DNA of 63,695 nucleotides, filler included, from Octopus bimaculoides (Eukaryota), in the NCBI RefSeq assembly GCF_001194135.2. It is 5 parts of 5 records of this genome, joined end to end, with 100 filler letters (N's around TTAATTAATTAA, not from the genome) between each part and the next. Parts side by side here need not be neighbours in the genome. Positions count along the whole stretch, not along the records: positions 1 to 21,653 come from NC_069008.1; positions 21,754 to 41,386 come from NC_068982.1; 3 more parts are not named here. The stretch is one strand, 5' to 3'. Positions 13,233 through 27,052 of the stretch are shown here, one piece after another. A program made the translations under genes and the position numbers. The notes under the pieces were generated by a model, which made no database searches, had not been told where the DNA came from, and saw only the letters and a program-made list of their open reading frames with translations. Numbering within the stretch: the first letter of the stretch is position 1; every line of letters begins with the position of its first letter.

Positions 13233-14615
13233 GAGAATAAGAAAAATCTTGAATGCAGTTGAATAGCTGTGAAAACAACTGTGCAAAATCGGGTAAAAAA
13301 ACCTCTATAGATGGCAAAACATGGCTAGCAACTGCTACTAAGAATTAATGTCTGCTCCTCTCAAATTCTAGCTTAGTGTTCTGTACCATTAAGCTAAATA
13401 ATCCCTGATAATAGATACCTTCTTTTATAATGATAATCATCATCATCCTCATCATCATTGTCATTTAATGTCCGTTGTCCTTGCTGGCATGGGTTGGATG
13501 GTTTGACCATGGCTAGCAAGCTTGGGGGCTGCAACAGACTCCAGTCAAATTTGGTACAGTTTCTATGGCTGGATGTCCCTCCTAACACCAACCACTACAA
13601 GAGGGTAATGGATGCTTTTGTGTGCCACCAGCACAGGTGCCAATTTGCGTGACACCAGTATCTGCCACAACTATGATTTCACTTGGCTTGATGGGTCTTC
13701 TTCTCAAGCACAACATAATGCCAAAAGGTCTCGGTCATTTGTCATTGCCTCCATGGGGCCCAAATGCTCAAAAGGTGCTTTTTACGTGCCACCAGCATGG
13801 GTGCTAGGTATGTGACACCAGCAGCAGTACCATTATAATCATTGTAATAATTATTAGTGAGTCTTTTTGAGGAGGATTTGAAAACAATTGTTATTATTAT
13901 ACTTTAAGAAAATTGAGAAAATCTCAAATGCAGGAGAATGGCTGTGAAAACAGCTTTTGAAAATCGGGTAAAAACACCTCCATAGATGGAAAAATGTGGC
14001 TAGCAACTGCTACCAAGACTTAAAGCTCAGCCCTTTTTCTGTACCATTGAGCTAAATGATCCCTGACAATATATATCCTCTTTTATAATGTTAATCATCA
14101 TCATCATCATCAGCATCATTGTTTAACGTCCGCCTGCCACACTGGCGTGAGTTGGATGGTTTGACAGGAGGTGGCGAGACAGAAGACTGCACCAGACTTT
14201 TGTCTCTGTTGTGGAATGGTTTTGCAGGAGAATGGCTGTAGAAACAGCTTTCGAAAATTGGGTAAAAAAATCCTCTATACATGGAAAAACATGGTTAGCA
14301 ACTGCTACTGAGAATTGATCTCTGTTCCTCTCAGATTCTGGCTTGGTGCTGTGTACCATTGAAATAAACGATCCCTGACAATAAATATCTTCTTTTATAA
14401 GCATTATTACAATAATTATTTGTGCATCTCTGTGAGGGAGGGAGACAGTTACTTGGGGAATTTCATCCATGGTGACCAGTTGTTTATAATACTGTTAGAA
14501 AATTGAGGAAATCTTGAATGCAGGAGAATGGCTGTGAAAACAACTTTGGAAAATCAGGTTAAAAGACCTCTATAGATGGGGAAATGTGGCTAGCAACTAA
14601 GAATTGAAGCTCAGA
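13233..14615 (+). repeat. Four local copies of a ~190-bp unit interleaved with family C fragments
   Basis: Core tgca(g)gagaatggctgtgaaaaca...ggtaaaaa.cctctatagatgg...gctagcaactgctac...gatccctgacaata at about 13233-13429, 13907-14088, 14223-14400 and 14497-14615. Confidence 0.85.
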
Positions 14616-14643
14616 GCTCTGTACCTATCTGTCTGTCTGCCTG

Positions 14644-14690
<47 letters not shown>

Positions 14691-14809
14691 CTGTCTATCT
14701 ATCTGTTTTGCGATGTTCTTTTTCCATCGTTGTCCCCACTTTTGTTTGTTTTTTTTTTTNNNNNNNNNNNNNNNNNNNNNNNNNNNNGGGGGGGGGGGGT
14801 TCTGCTTTG

Positions 14810-14945
14810 TTTTTCGCCCCCCTCGAAAAGAAAAACTCTACATTTGTATTTTGTCCCTTCTATGTTGAGCCCTGTGTGGCTAATAAAGAAACATATCTAT
14901 CTATCTATCTGTCTGTTTATCTATCTATCTATCTATCTATCTCTT
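14810..14945 (+). mobile_element. Retroelement-like 3' end with a (TATC)n tail
   Basis: ctctacatt(t)gtattt(t)gtccc...gttgagccctgtgtggctaataaa followed by (tatc)n; second copy at 20095-20220. Confidence 0.6.
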
Positions 14946-15099
14946 TATATATAAGGTAGCACACACACACACACACGAACACACACACACACACACATAC
15001 ATGCACACATGCACACAACACACAGTAGACACACAAAATCATCAAATTTCCAACTCCGACAATGATGAAGTCGAGGATAACGCAGAAATTACAACCAGA

Positions 15100-15132
<33 letters not shown>

Positions 15133-16188
15133 CACAGAGCTTCTCTTGTGCTCGCTCACGTAATGTTCATGAAACTCCAAATATCTTCAGAATGAAACCC
15201 AGCACCAATTCTGCAAGTAGCAGGAACCGATTTCATCATCTCCACCACCACCACCACCAAAACAACCACAGTGATGACAACGATGACGACCACCACCACA
15301 CCAATAAAATGCTATCACCTCATAGCAGTACCACAGACATACTTCCACCTGCGCTACAACCACTACCACCCTTACCGCCACCACCACTTCCACCACCACC
15401 ACCACCATCATCATCATCACTCTCACTACCATCACCTCCAATCTAACNNNNNNNNNNNNNNNNNNNNNNNNNNNNNNNNNNNNNNNNNNNNNNNNNNNNN
15501 NNNNNNNNNNNNNNNNNNNNNNNNNNNNNNNNNNNNNNNNNNNNNNNNNNNNNNNNNNNNNNNNNNNNNNNNNNNNNNNNNNNNNNNNNNNNNNNNNNNN
15601 NNNNNNNNNNNNNNNNNNNNNNNNNNNNNNNNNNNNNNNNNNNNNNNNNNNNNNNNNNNNNNNNNNNNNNNNNNNNNNNNNNNNNNNNNNNNNNNNNNNN
15701 NNNNNNNNNNNNNNNNNNNNNNNNNNNNNNNNNNNNNNNNNNNNNNNNNNNNNNNNNNNNNNNNNNNNNNNNNNNNNNNNNNNNNNNNNNNNNNNNNNNN
15801 NNNNNNNNNNNNNNNNNNNNNNNNNNNNNNNNNNNNNNNNNNNNNNNNNNNNNNNNNNNNNNNNNNNNNNNNNNNNNNNNNNNNNNNNNNNNNNNNNNNN
15901 NNNNNNNNNNNNNNNNNNNNNNNNNNNNNNNNNNNNNNNNNNNNNNNNNNNNNNNNNNNNNNNNNNNNNNNNNNNNNNNNNNNNNNNNNNNNNNNNNNNN
16001 NNNNNNNNNNNNNNNNNNNNNNNNNNNNNNNNNNNNNNNNNNNNNNNNNNNNNNNNNNNNNNNNNNNNNNNNNNNNNNNNNNNNNNNNNNNNNNNNNNNN
16101 NNNNNNNNNNNNNNNNNNNNNNNNNNNNNNNNNNNNNNNNNNNNNNNNNNNNNNNNNNNNNNNNNNNNNNNNNNNNNNNNNNNNNNNN

Positions 16189-16541
16189 TTTAAATTTTTA
16201 TATTTAAAAGATATAGAGACTTCGAACTCGACAGATCCATATTCTATTTATTTACCATCCTATGTCAACATTTCTGTGCCCAAACCTATCCAGCAACTGG
16301 TCCATTGGCGGATTTTGAAGCTAACGAACTCTTAATAATTTATTATGATCGTTATATGTGTGTTTTTTCGTAATTTGTTCTGATGTAAACCATTCCTGAG
16401 GAAGTGCTAAACGTCAGACATCCAATCGATCAGTCGCTGGATAGGTTTGGGCACAGAAATGTTGATATAGGATGGTAAATAAATAGAATATGGATCTGTC
16501 GAGTTCGAAGTCTCTATATCTTTTAAATATAAAAATTTAAA
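16189..16541. repeat. Foldback inverted repeat: 111-bp arms with a 131-bp spacer
   Basis: 16189-16299 is the reverse complement of 16431-16541 with two mismatches; the left end is hidden by the gap. Confidence 0.92.
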
Positions 16542-16573
16542 CCTTGAAATATAAATATATATATATATATACA

Positions 16574-16981
16574 CCGTAAATCCTTGAGTATAATACGCAG
16601 GGGATTTTTTGGGGGCTGTACCTCTGAAAAACCTAAACCTTGTGTATAATACGCACCCCTTCTCTAACTTGAGTCAAGGAGGTCTATATAACATCCTTGG
16701 TTTGTAAACGTATATACAGTAACGTCCTTTATTATTATTGTATATAGAACATAATGCAAACGTGTAGCATTTTTGTGCACTTTGTTTGCAGGAAATAAAG
16801 AAATAACAGTAATAACGCCAGTGAAAAATAAATATTAAATAAATTGCCTTTACATATTTATCACTTACAAAATTTTGCTTAGAAAATATTTTTCATTTTT
16901 AACCTCGTATATAGTACGCACTGGAAATTTTGACTTTTAAATTTTGGGGAAAAAGTGCGGATTATACTTGAGGATTTACGG
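16574..16981. mobile_element. Tc1/mariner-superfamily (Tc2/pogo-like) MITE, complete
   Basis: TIRs CCGTAAATCCT(T/C)(G/A)AGTATAAT(A/C)CGCA at both ends; TA on the right, CA on the left; no ORF. Confidence 0.85.
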
Positions 16982-17080
16982 TATATATATGTATGTGTGT
17001 GTGTGTGTGTGTACACACATGCATATAAATATACACAAAATGTCATGTACATATATCCACATTTATATTTATATATATGC

Positions 17081-17112
<32 letters not shown>

Positions 17113-17314
17113 GCATATATATATATACATATATACATACATATATGAGTATTTATATATGTGTATGTGTGTGTGTTTTATATATATCTATATATATATG
17201 TGTGTGTGTATATATATATATATAGCTTTGAGGTATTTTAACACATAGTGTTTTGAGAGAGTCTTCTCCACCATGCCAATTCGCAGCCTACCAGCAAATA
17301 CACATATCTTATAC

Positions 17315-17355
<41 letters not shown>

Positions 17356-17888
17356 GATCATCTTCTATTTCAGATTTCATTNNNNNNNNNNNNNNNNNNN
17401 NNNNNNNNNNNNNNNNNNNNNNNNNNNNNNNNNNNNNNNNNNNNNNNNNNNNNNNNNNNNNNNNNNNNNNNNNNNNNNNNNNNNNNNNNNNNNNNNNNNN
17501 NNNNNNNNNNNNNNNNNNNNNNNNNNNNNNNNNNNNNNNNNNNNNNNNNNNNNNNNNNNNNNNNNNNNNNNNNNNNNNNNNNNNNNNNNNNNNNNNNNNN
17601 NNNNNNNNNNNNNNNNNNNNNNNNNNNNNNNNNNNNNNNNNNNNNNNNNNNNNNNNNNNNNNNNNNNNNNNNNNNNNNNNNNNNNNNNNNNNNNNNNNNN
17701 NNNNNNNNNNNNNNNNNNNNNNNNNNNNNNNNNNNNNNNNNNNNNNNNNNNNNNNNNNNNNNNNNNNNNNNNNNNNNNNNNNNNNNNNNNNNNNNNNNNN
17801 NNNNNNNNNNNNNNNNNNNNNNNNNNNNNNNNNNNNNNNNNNNNNNNNNNNNNNNNNNNNNNNNNNNNNNNNNNNNNNNNNNNNNNNN

Positions 17889-18011
17889 AGTGACCAATAG
17901 AATAAGTACTAGGCTTACAAAGACTAAGTCCTGGGGTCGATTTGCTCGACTAAAGGTGGTGCTCCAGCATGGCCGCAGTCAAATGACTGAAACAAGTAAA
18001 AGAGTAAAAGA
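17889..18011 (+). mobile_element. SINE family A 3' part
   Basis: tagaataagtactaggcttac...ctccagcatggccgcagtcaaatgactgaaacaagtaaaag. Confidence 0.75.
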
Positions 18012-18274
18012 GAATATATATATATATGCTGCATGTGTAGACATACAAATGTGTGTGTGTGTGTGTGTGTGTGTTTATGAGAGAGTTGAAGGGCAAAATA
18101 TGAACTCAGAACCTGAGGTTCTGGAATTGAATATGGCCAGATTTTGTGGTACGTGTGTTGCTCAGCCGATTCTTTTGAATGCATCCCACCGCAGTTTGAA
18201 CTCTGTAGGTGTGCGTGCTACCACAAACTAACTTCTGCTGCTGCTGCTGTCAACACTAGAACTGGTGGGTGCGG

Positions 18275-18820
18275 ATGATGATGATGATGATGATGATGTA
18301 GGTGATGGTAATAATAATGATGATTATGATCTTGATGATGGTGATGATGACTATATGACTATGATGAAGATGACGATGATGATGATGATGATTATGTTCA
18401 TCATGATGAGGATAATAATGACAATGGTTATGATGATGATGATGAAAATGATGAGGAGGATGGCGTTGAGGATGATGATAATGGTGATTACTCTAGTGGT
18501 GATGATGATGATGACGATGGTGATGATGATTATGTTGTTGATGATGATGATGGTGATGGTGTTGATGATGTCGATGATAGCAATGAGTACAGTTATGATG
18601 ATGATGATGGTGATGAGGATGACAACGTCGAAGATTGCGCTATTTTATTTCTTTTTTTTGCGTCTTTTTTTGTCTTTTTTGGTTGCTTCTTTTATTATTA
18701 CCATTATTATTATTATTATTATTATTTTATTATTATTATTATTATTATTGTTATTTTATTATTATTATTTTTTTTTTATTATTATTATTATTTTATTATT
18801 AATATTATTATTATTATTTT
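18275..18820. repeat. (GAT)n followed by (ATT)n microsatellites
   Basis: Direct inspection. Confidence 0.9.
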
Positions 18821-18919
18821 AAATAATTTTGTGTTTCTATTTGAAAAATTTCAACAATTGCTTAATTGGCATTTATCCAAAATTTGAGTTTGAATAATTT
18901 TGAGAGGCGATAACTGATG

Positions 18920-18959
<40 letters not shown>

Positions 18960-19115
18960 TAAACACATACATACGTACCTCACGCATGCACTTATACATA
19001 CATGCACATATATATGTATATATCAATAAAGAACTGTAACACTTTATAGATTTATCATTAGATTCATCATTATTAACTTAAACGGCAAGTATATATGTAT
19101 GTATATATATATGTG

Positions 19116-19149
<34 letters not shown>

Positions 19150-19560
19150 TACATACACACAGCACACATATATATATGTGTGCTGTGTGTATGTATATCG
19201 AATGTATATGTATATATATTGTATGTGTTTGTGTGTATATATTTTTATAGACATGTGTATGTATGTCTATAGATATGTATGTATATGAATACTTTATATG
19301 CATCTATATATATATATATATNNNNNNNNNNNNNNNNNNNNNNNNNNNNNNNNNNNNNNNNNNNNNNNNNNNNNNNNNNNNNNNNNNNNNNNNNNNNNNN
19401 NNNNNNNNNNNNNNCTGCAATAGCAGCTAATTTTCTTTCTTCTTCTAATGTTTTTAGATCTCTTCGCATCCTTCTCTCTCTGTCTGTCTCTCTCTCTCTC
19501 TCTTTGCCCTTCATATAGACCCCCTTCCCCACTTCTCTCTCCCTTGCCTTTTCTCTCTGT

Positions 19561-19606
<46 letters not shown>

Positions 19607-19700
19607 ATCTATCTTCAAAACTTTTTGCTGTATTATCGCTTGAACTTCACCAAAAGACACAGATGTACGTACTTAGGCATATATGAATGTGATTTTACAT

Positions 19701-19731
<31 letters not shown>

Positions 19732-20094
19732 ATGGGAACAAGCATATACATACATATATATATATATAAATAAATATATAGATAGATAGATAGATAGATA
19801 GAGATGTAGATGGATAGAGAGACTGAGAGGTAGATAGATAGATGGATGGATAGATAGATAGATAGATATACATACATACTTGTTCTGATTATCTCTCTAT
19901 CTACCTTTTATCTGCATGTATTCGTATTTATTTCTTTATCCATCTACACATATATCTGTCTGTCTGTCCTTCTATCAATTTCTCTATCCACTTCATCTAT
20001 CTTTTTTTTTTTTTTCGATCCCTTTTGATCGAACTCCCCCCTTTTTCCCTTCCTACGATCCCTTTTGATCGACACACCCCTATTTTTTTTTTCC

Positions 20095-20173
20095 TTCCCC
20101 CTCCCAAAAAGAAAAGCTCTACATTGTATTTGTCCCATCTTTGTTGAGCCCTGTGTGGCTAATAAAAGAAATG

Positions 20174-20206
<33 letters not shown>

Positions 20207-20220
20207 ATGTATCTATCAAG
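20095..20220 (+). mobile_element. Second copy of the (TATC)n-tailed 3' end
   Basis: Homologous to 14810-14945. Confidence 0.6.
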
Positions 20221-20289
20221 CTATCTATGTGTCTGTCTGTTTGTCTATCCACTATATCTATTTATTTGTCTGTCCGTCTGTCTGTTTTT

Positions 20290-20323
<34 letters not shown>

Positions 20324-21324
20324 CTATTTCTATATCTATTTATGATTCTGTCTATCTATCTGGCTGTCTCTCTCTCTTCCCCCCTCTTTTCCTCTCTCTC
20401 TCTCTTCCCCCTCTTTTCCTCTCTCTCTCTCTCTCTCCCACTTTCTCTTTCTTTCTTACCATTCCTGTCTCTTCAAGACTCTTTTATGTAACTTTCCTTG
20501 CAGCCTATCACACATCTAGACATGCATACTCCAAAGCACACACACGACACACACACACACACAAACGTACGCTTGCATATTCCCCCCTTTTTCTCCCCAC
20601 CTCTCTCTCTCCCCTTCTCTCTCTCTCTCTCCTTCTCTCTCTCTCTCTCTCTCTCTCCCCTTCTCTCTCTCTCTCTCTCTCTCTCCTCGTACATCAGACA
20701 AGAAGACAAAGTAGGGCAGACACAAAGGTCTTCACATTTATTTTAATATTCCGTCTACAAGTCATCATTATTGCCATCATAACCATCACCATCACCATCA
20801 CCATGACGACAACGATGATGACCATCATCATCAGCATCATCATCGACCTCATTATCATCACAGTCCTCCTCCCCTTCATCATCACCATCATCATCTTCAT
20901 AACCATGGCCATCACTACCAGAGTCGTCATCATCATCATCATCAACATTATTGTCATCATTGCATTGTCATCACCATTGCTGCCATCATCCCCCGCCACC
21001 GCCCCTCCCCCCTCTCAGCCAGTTTTGAACATGTTGTCACAGGGGACTGCAAACAAACGACCCCTCATTTATTTGGTGGCATTGATTGTTTCCAGTTAGT
21101 TCACAATATCAAGACAAGGAAACAAGAAGAAAGATCCAAGCATGTACATTCATATATCTATGCATTCATACACACATGCATATGCATACTATATCTTTGT
21201 GCAGCTGAGGATTGCTCTGCATTTTATATTTGATGTAATGTTCACAATGCTTAAATAAATGGTGTCACATGAAAGGATCGTACTGAATTAACTTTGGATA
21301 ACCTTGTTGCTTATTTTGATTATC

Positions 21325-21625
21325 ATCACCATCATCATCATCGTCGTTGTGTTTAACGTCCGCTTTCCATGCTAGCATGGGTTGGACGATTTGACTGAGG
21401 ACTGGTGGACCAGGAGGCACCACCAGGCTCCAATCTGATTTGGCAGAGTTTCTACAGCTGGATGCCCTTCCTAACGCCAACCACTCCGAGAGTGTAGTGG
21501 GTGCTTTTACGTGTCACCGGCACGAGGGCCAGTCAGGCGGGTACTGGCAACGGCCACGCTCGAAATGGTGTATTTTTGTCACCTGCACAGGAGCCAGTCC
21601 ATCGGCACTGGCAACGATCTCGCTC
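21325..21625 (+). mobile_element. Dispersed repeat family C (SINE/RTE-related), headed by (CAT)n
   Basis: tttaacgtccgctttccatgctagcatgggttggacg...ggatgcccttcctaacgccaacc; homologues at about 13460, 14120 and 52080-52735. Confidence 0.75.
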
Positions 21626-21653
21626 ATATATATATATATACCAGATGGTGTTG

Positions 21654-21753
21654 NNNNNNNNNNNNNNNNNNNNNNNNNNNNNNNNNNNNNNNNNNNNTTA
21701 ATTAATTAANNNNNNNNNNNNNNNNNNNNNNNNNNNNNNNNNNNNNNNNNNNN
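21654..21753. other. Synthetic scaffold join (44 N + TTAATTAATTAA + 44 N)
   Basis: Exactly 100 bp; an identical structure occurs four times. Confidence 0.93.
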
Positions 21754-21787
<34 letters not shown>

Positions 21788-23918
21788 TGCATCAAAGTAG
21801 GTTTCGCTGAAAGCGCACTCGTTCGTTATATTTATACTTGCTGGATATTTCTACTGGAAGATAAAGTGCTTGCAAACGTTTTTGTGTCAATGTTTTCGAT
21901 TTGTTTCAAGTGCCCAACCAACGTGTTGATATTAAACACTTGACACTAAATGCAGCATGAGATATAGATTTTTTTGTTTTTGTTTTTTGTTTTTGGTTCA
22001 TAAGCAAATTTCTGGATTCTGGATTCTGGATTCCCCCTAGCCCTAATGCAAATTTTTTGTTATATATTTATTTTGGATAATAGCAGCATTATGATAAATA
22101 GGATGTATCATATTATAGTATAGTATATTATCTTACATTATCTTATATTATATATTGTCATCAGTTTCAAGGAATTGGTATATAAAATATGGAGAAATGA
22201 TTATTCTCATGGCAATTATATTCATGAGAAATTTGCGTATTAGGGGATTCCCACAACCACTCACTTATACCAATACCTTCAGAAGCATGCACGCACACGC
22301 ACAAACACACGCACATCCACACACACAAACACACACACATACACACGCACACATACACACAAGTGTATACAACTAACACATACGTCGTTAATATTTTGTC
22401 GGATTCATTTAATATTAAGAGAATAAACGAAACGAAGTCATTCCATGTTTTTAAGTTTTTGCCGATGCAACATTACTTTCCCCAGACTGCAATTCTGTAC
22501 TTCATTAAACAAGCGTTAGCACGCTATCTAAAAGATAACGTTTCGACACTGATTTGAGCCTTATATAGAGAGATTGTTTGGGGTTATATCTTTTCCTGAA
22601 AATAAGAAAGTAAATATCAAACGGAAAGGACAAATATCAAGAGAAGAGTTAAGCAACCCTAAGATAGACGATTTTTCATTATCATGAAATATTCAGATCA
22701 AGGTAGACCCTGAATGAATAGAGCTACAATAAGTGCTTACCAGCCATGACCTCAGTTTCTTTTATTATATTTTTAAAACTGCAAATACATTCTCTAAAAC
22801 GGCTTCCCATTTCAAAGGCGGCAAGTTGTAATTTGATTAAGACATAGTTACTGATCACTCGCAAATTAATCGATCGGGTCGCCATTCTTAAATTTGTTAC
22901 AATTGACCAACATCGATAATGCATAATAAACACATTACAGTTCTATATGCAAATAGTGTAAAGTACATTTGCAGAAGTGCTATAACATAGCACTTTGATG
23001 TGAGCCGAGTATATGAGACCCATGAGCTAACATGGTAGCAAAATATTGATATCTGACGCTCATGTTCAACTTCAGAGTGAGATGACACGCCTGGTCTGGG
23101 AGATCCAGAGGCCTTTAACACTCGGTGATGTCAAGGGACGCTTCTGCGGATGCAATTCTCGTTGCTAATGGGCACATAAAGAAAACACATATAACATGTA
23201 CGTGTCGTCGATAATGTAATCTTATAATTAAAAAAACACCACAAATCTTTTAAAAACAGCTGTCCAGGGTTTTCTGGTCGAAATGATAATTTATTTCGCC
23301 ATTTATCGAAATAAGAGCAAGACCGTTTGGCAGTTGTGTGTGCGTGTGTTTGCGCACGCGGACGTGTCAGTTGTGTGTGTGTGTTTGCGCGCGCGGGCGT
23401 GTACCTGTGTGTATTGCAGGCATGTACTATACACATGTAAATCATTTGTAGCAAAATGAAAATATTGATGTAAAAATTTCACTTTTCTCAAAAATCAATG
23501 AAGCAAATTGAAAACGAGGTGTAATAAATCGCCAAAGGATACCAATTCATTAGAATTCATTTATATGCATGCGTGCGTGTGAGCATGCAAGCCTGTGTGT
23601 GTATGTGCACGCACACGCGTATAGTGGTTTCTCTAAATGCACATATCGTCGCTATTATGTTAAACTGTGGTATATCCAAATTTGGCCAAATGAGTTTGTT
23701 TTTAAAATATTTATTTTTGCTTGCAATAGCCGGTTCTTTTGGTCAAACTATCGTATCTGAAGCTGCCTCACATGCCAAGAAATCAAAAATTGTCAAAGTG
23801 TAGTACAACGGTTTTGCTATGGAATGGTCAAACTATTTTTCCGTTTTCTGAAAATGAAACGCCTTCGACTTACGACACTTTTATATAATAGCAACGGTAT
23901 GTAACTGAGTGTGTATGC

Positions 23919-24033
<115 letters not shown>

Positions 24034-24201
24034 GTATAGGCAAACCTGTTAAAATGCAACTCAGAAAATCCGAAATACTTCGATAAAGTATTAGTTTGAT
24101 GCTTGAAAGGAGAACGTTGTATCCTTGATGTTCTGAAAGAAAATTAGATGAAAGAAAAACAAGCTAAAAGAAGTTCTACGCGTGTGTATGTATGTGCGTG
24201 C

Positions 24202-24251
<50 letters not shown>

Positions 24252-25525
24252 AAAAGAGGGAGATTGAAAAGGTTAAAATCTAGTGAAGAAGTTATTGTAT
24301 GAGGTGCAGTCGCAAGGGGAAGAACGGTTAGATGTGTAGCTGCGTGGATCAGAGTCTATGTAAGCTAGGTTCCAATCTTGTGAGATGTTGATTGCGGGCG
24401 TGTTTGTTTTGGTACAAGTGCGTGTAACAATGTGTGTAATTGAAAAATGGGCTGGTATTTGGGTGAGTGGGGTAGTGAACATTTGTGTGCGTAAGTGTAT
24501 AATCTGATTGCGTATAAGTGTATAATGCATTTTGTGCTTGTGAGTCTGTGCACGTGATTTCAGCCAATGTGAGCGTGTTTGTGTGTGTGTCTGTGTGTGT
24601 GTCTGTGTGTGTGTGTCTACGGAAATACAGAATATATGGCGTGTATCTGAGGTAGTGTTGTGAGTTTGAATTCTTGTGCAATGCAGATAGTTCATTTGTA
24701 TGTGCGCATGCGTGTAGTTCATACGGAGCTTTTTGTCTAGATCTAGCACGAAAGTGAACCCTAAATTGTGAGTTTTGTGTGCGGTCATGCGAATATAAAA
24801 TGGGCTATGATGTAGTTAAGTCAGAGGGGATAAATCGAGAAGACAGTGCAATAGAGAAGAAAGTAAGTACACGCTGACTAGAGATTTAGAAAATGGACAA
24901 CGGAAAAAAGATTAAATTTTTTTCTGTTTTCTTTTTTTGAAGGAGAGAAAGCGGTCGTAGATACGCTCTAAGTACGCCTTTGCGGTATGAAGGGCGTAGA
25001 TGTGTGTATGTGACTGTTTCGGTGGTGAATGGAAGTGGTTAGCAGTCGGGTACTTATAGAAAATGTGTGCCATACAAGAACGAATGTTTCGAGGGTGGAT
25101 GTCAGAGAAGGAGGAGGTTGAAGATTGATCTAGTAGAGGTTATAGGGTACAATTTAAGCTGCATTCCTCGTATATATTCACGCCAAGCGGCTAACTGACG
25201 GTCCGCTAGAGCCTCGGATAGATTCTTTTAAGCTAATATTTCCAGATCTTTGGGCTCTGAATTCAAATCCCACCGACGCCGACTTTTTGAGGTTCTTAAA
25301 TAAAGTACCGGTCAAGTNNNNNNNNNNNNNNNNNNNNNNNNNNNNNNNNNNNNNNNNNNNNNNNNNNNNNNNNNNNNNNNNNNNNNNNNNNNNNNNNNNN
25401 NNNNNNNNNNNNNNNNNNNNNNNNNNNNNNNNNNNNNNNNNNNNNNNNNNNNNNNNNNNNNNNNNNNNNNNNNNNNNNNNNNNNNNNNNNNNNNNNNNNN
25501 NNNNNNNNNNNNNNNNNNNNNNNNN

Positions 25526-25600
<75 letters not shown>

Positions 25601-27013
25601 TATATATAACTATACATGTGTGAGTTTCAATATGTGACACGTGTAATTCGGACGACAGAGTGGATTGAGTAAAGAGACACATGACTGTACTTCTTTTACT
25701 TTGTGTACACACGGACTTGTACACAATGGTATTTTGGAGTAACCAACAAGTACAATTTACTAACGTCAACTGCATGAAACTTTAAGATACGCGGAAATTA
25801 TCCTGGTTGCAAGCACACACTTATAACAGATTTTATATTCTTCTAACGTAGTTGCCTATTGAACAGTTAGCGTTTTTACAGGAAAAGGACAATAAATGCT
25901 AAATAAAAATTGATGTGAGTATGCACTTTGTCCGTGTTTGTGTATTTCTGTGTATGTCAGTAGTTGCGCGCTCTTGTATGTATGTGTGTTTTTATGACTG
26001 TTTTTATTGGTTACTCTCATCATCCGCCAACTTTACCAGCAAAACTCTTTGTTCTGCATTTTGTAAAGTTATTCCTCCCTTAATGTCCCTTCTCTAAATT
26101 ATGTTAATATTTTGAACAAATTTATCTTATCAGTTAAGGGATTGTTTTATTTTATTTTCTGTGAAACCAAGTTCGTCGTTTTACTCATTTGTGTATATAT
26201 TTGTTTATTTTGTTCCTGAGATATTTATAGATAGCCTATTTTTTTTTATTGGGTAAATGATCAGAACAAAGCTGATAATGTGTTTGGGAAACTGAAAAGC
26301 TCACACGGCAAACACAATATCTGTAGTTCATAAATGTGGTCCATAAATATTATAATATTTTACCGTGTAAATATGGAGTAGCTACAGTTCAGGAAAGTAC
26401 TTGTTTATATTCATATTATCCTAGATAATAACATCATGGTGATTTCCTCCTGGTAATAATAGATTTAAGCATTAACTTAGTTTTATGTATATCCGTAAAT
26501 TCCATTTATATAATCAAAATCTTTCATTAGTGGTGTATGCGGCCATATTGATAGCAAATTTCGTATTTCACTCCAGCTGTTTCTGATGTATCTACCTCGT
26601 GTGTTGTGAAGAAATGTATAGAAAATGTATTTCACAAGGCTCAATGGATATATGTAACATCTTCAGAAATCTGTATTAATATCACATGATTTTTACTTCT
26701 TATTTTATATTTATTTCTTCATGTTTGACCGACCGCATGATTCGTGTCGTAAATGTATGTGATATCCTACAGTTGATTTACAGATAAAGATGAGATTTTG
26801 TGCATGCTCTGCAAGAGATTTTAAAGTGTATATCTGTTATCTACATTTTTCTATATTCTCTTTAACCTTTCGAAAATCTTCATATACATCCTTCCATTCA
26901 GTGTTCCTTATGTAGTCTATGTTAGTTGATTTCTTATGAAGCTGTTAGATATATGTTAGATACATGCTGATCTTTCTTCACGTATTTATATATGTGTATA
27001 TCTATATATATGC

Positions 27014-27052
<39 letters not shown>

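Noticed and set aside
15192-15446. His/Pro-rich ORF as the NFI proline-rich activation domain
   Set aside because: Built almost entirely from (CAC/CAT)n simple repeat that is common across the window; no homology and no clear donor.
19415-19470. Minus-strand peptide MRRDLKTLEEERKLAAIA as a coding exon
   Set aside because: Short, bounded by a gap and an (AG)n tract, with no pyrimidine-rich acceptor on that strand and no recognisable homology.
21019-21240. Open frame after a pyrimidine-rich acceptor (SFEHVVTGDCKQTTPHLFGG...)
   Set aside because: No homology to NFI or any family I recognise and no good donor; chance acceptors are frequent next to C/T-rich repeats.
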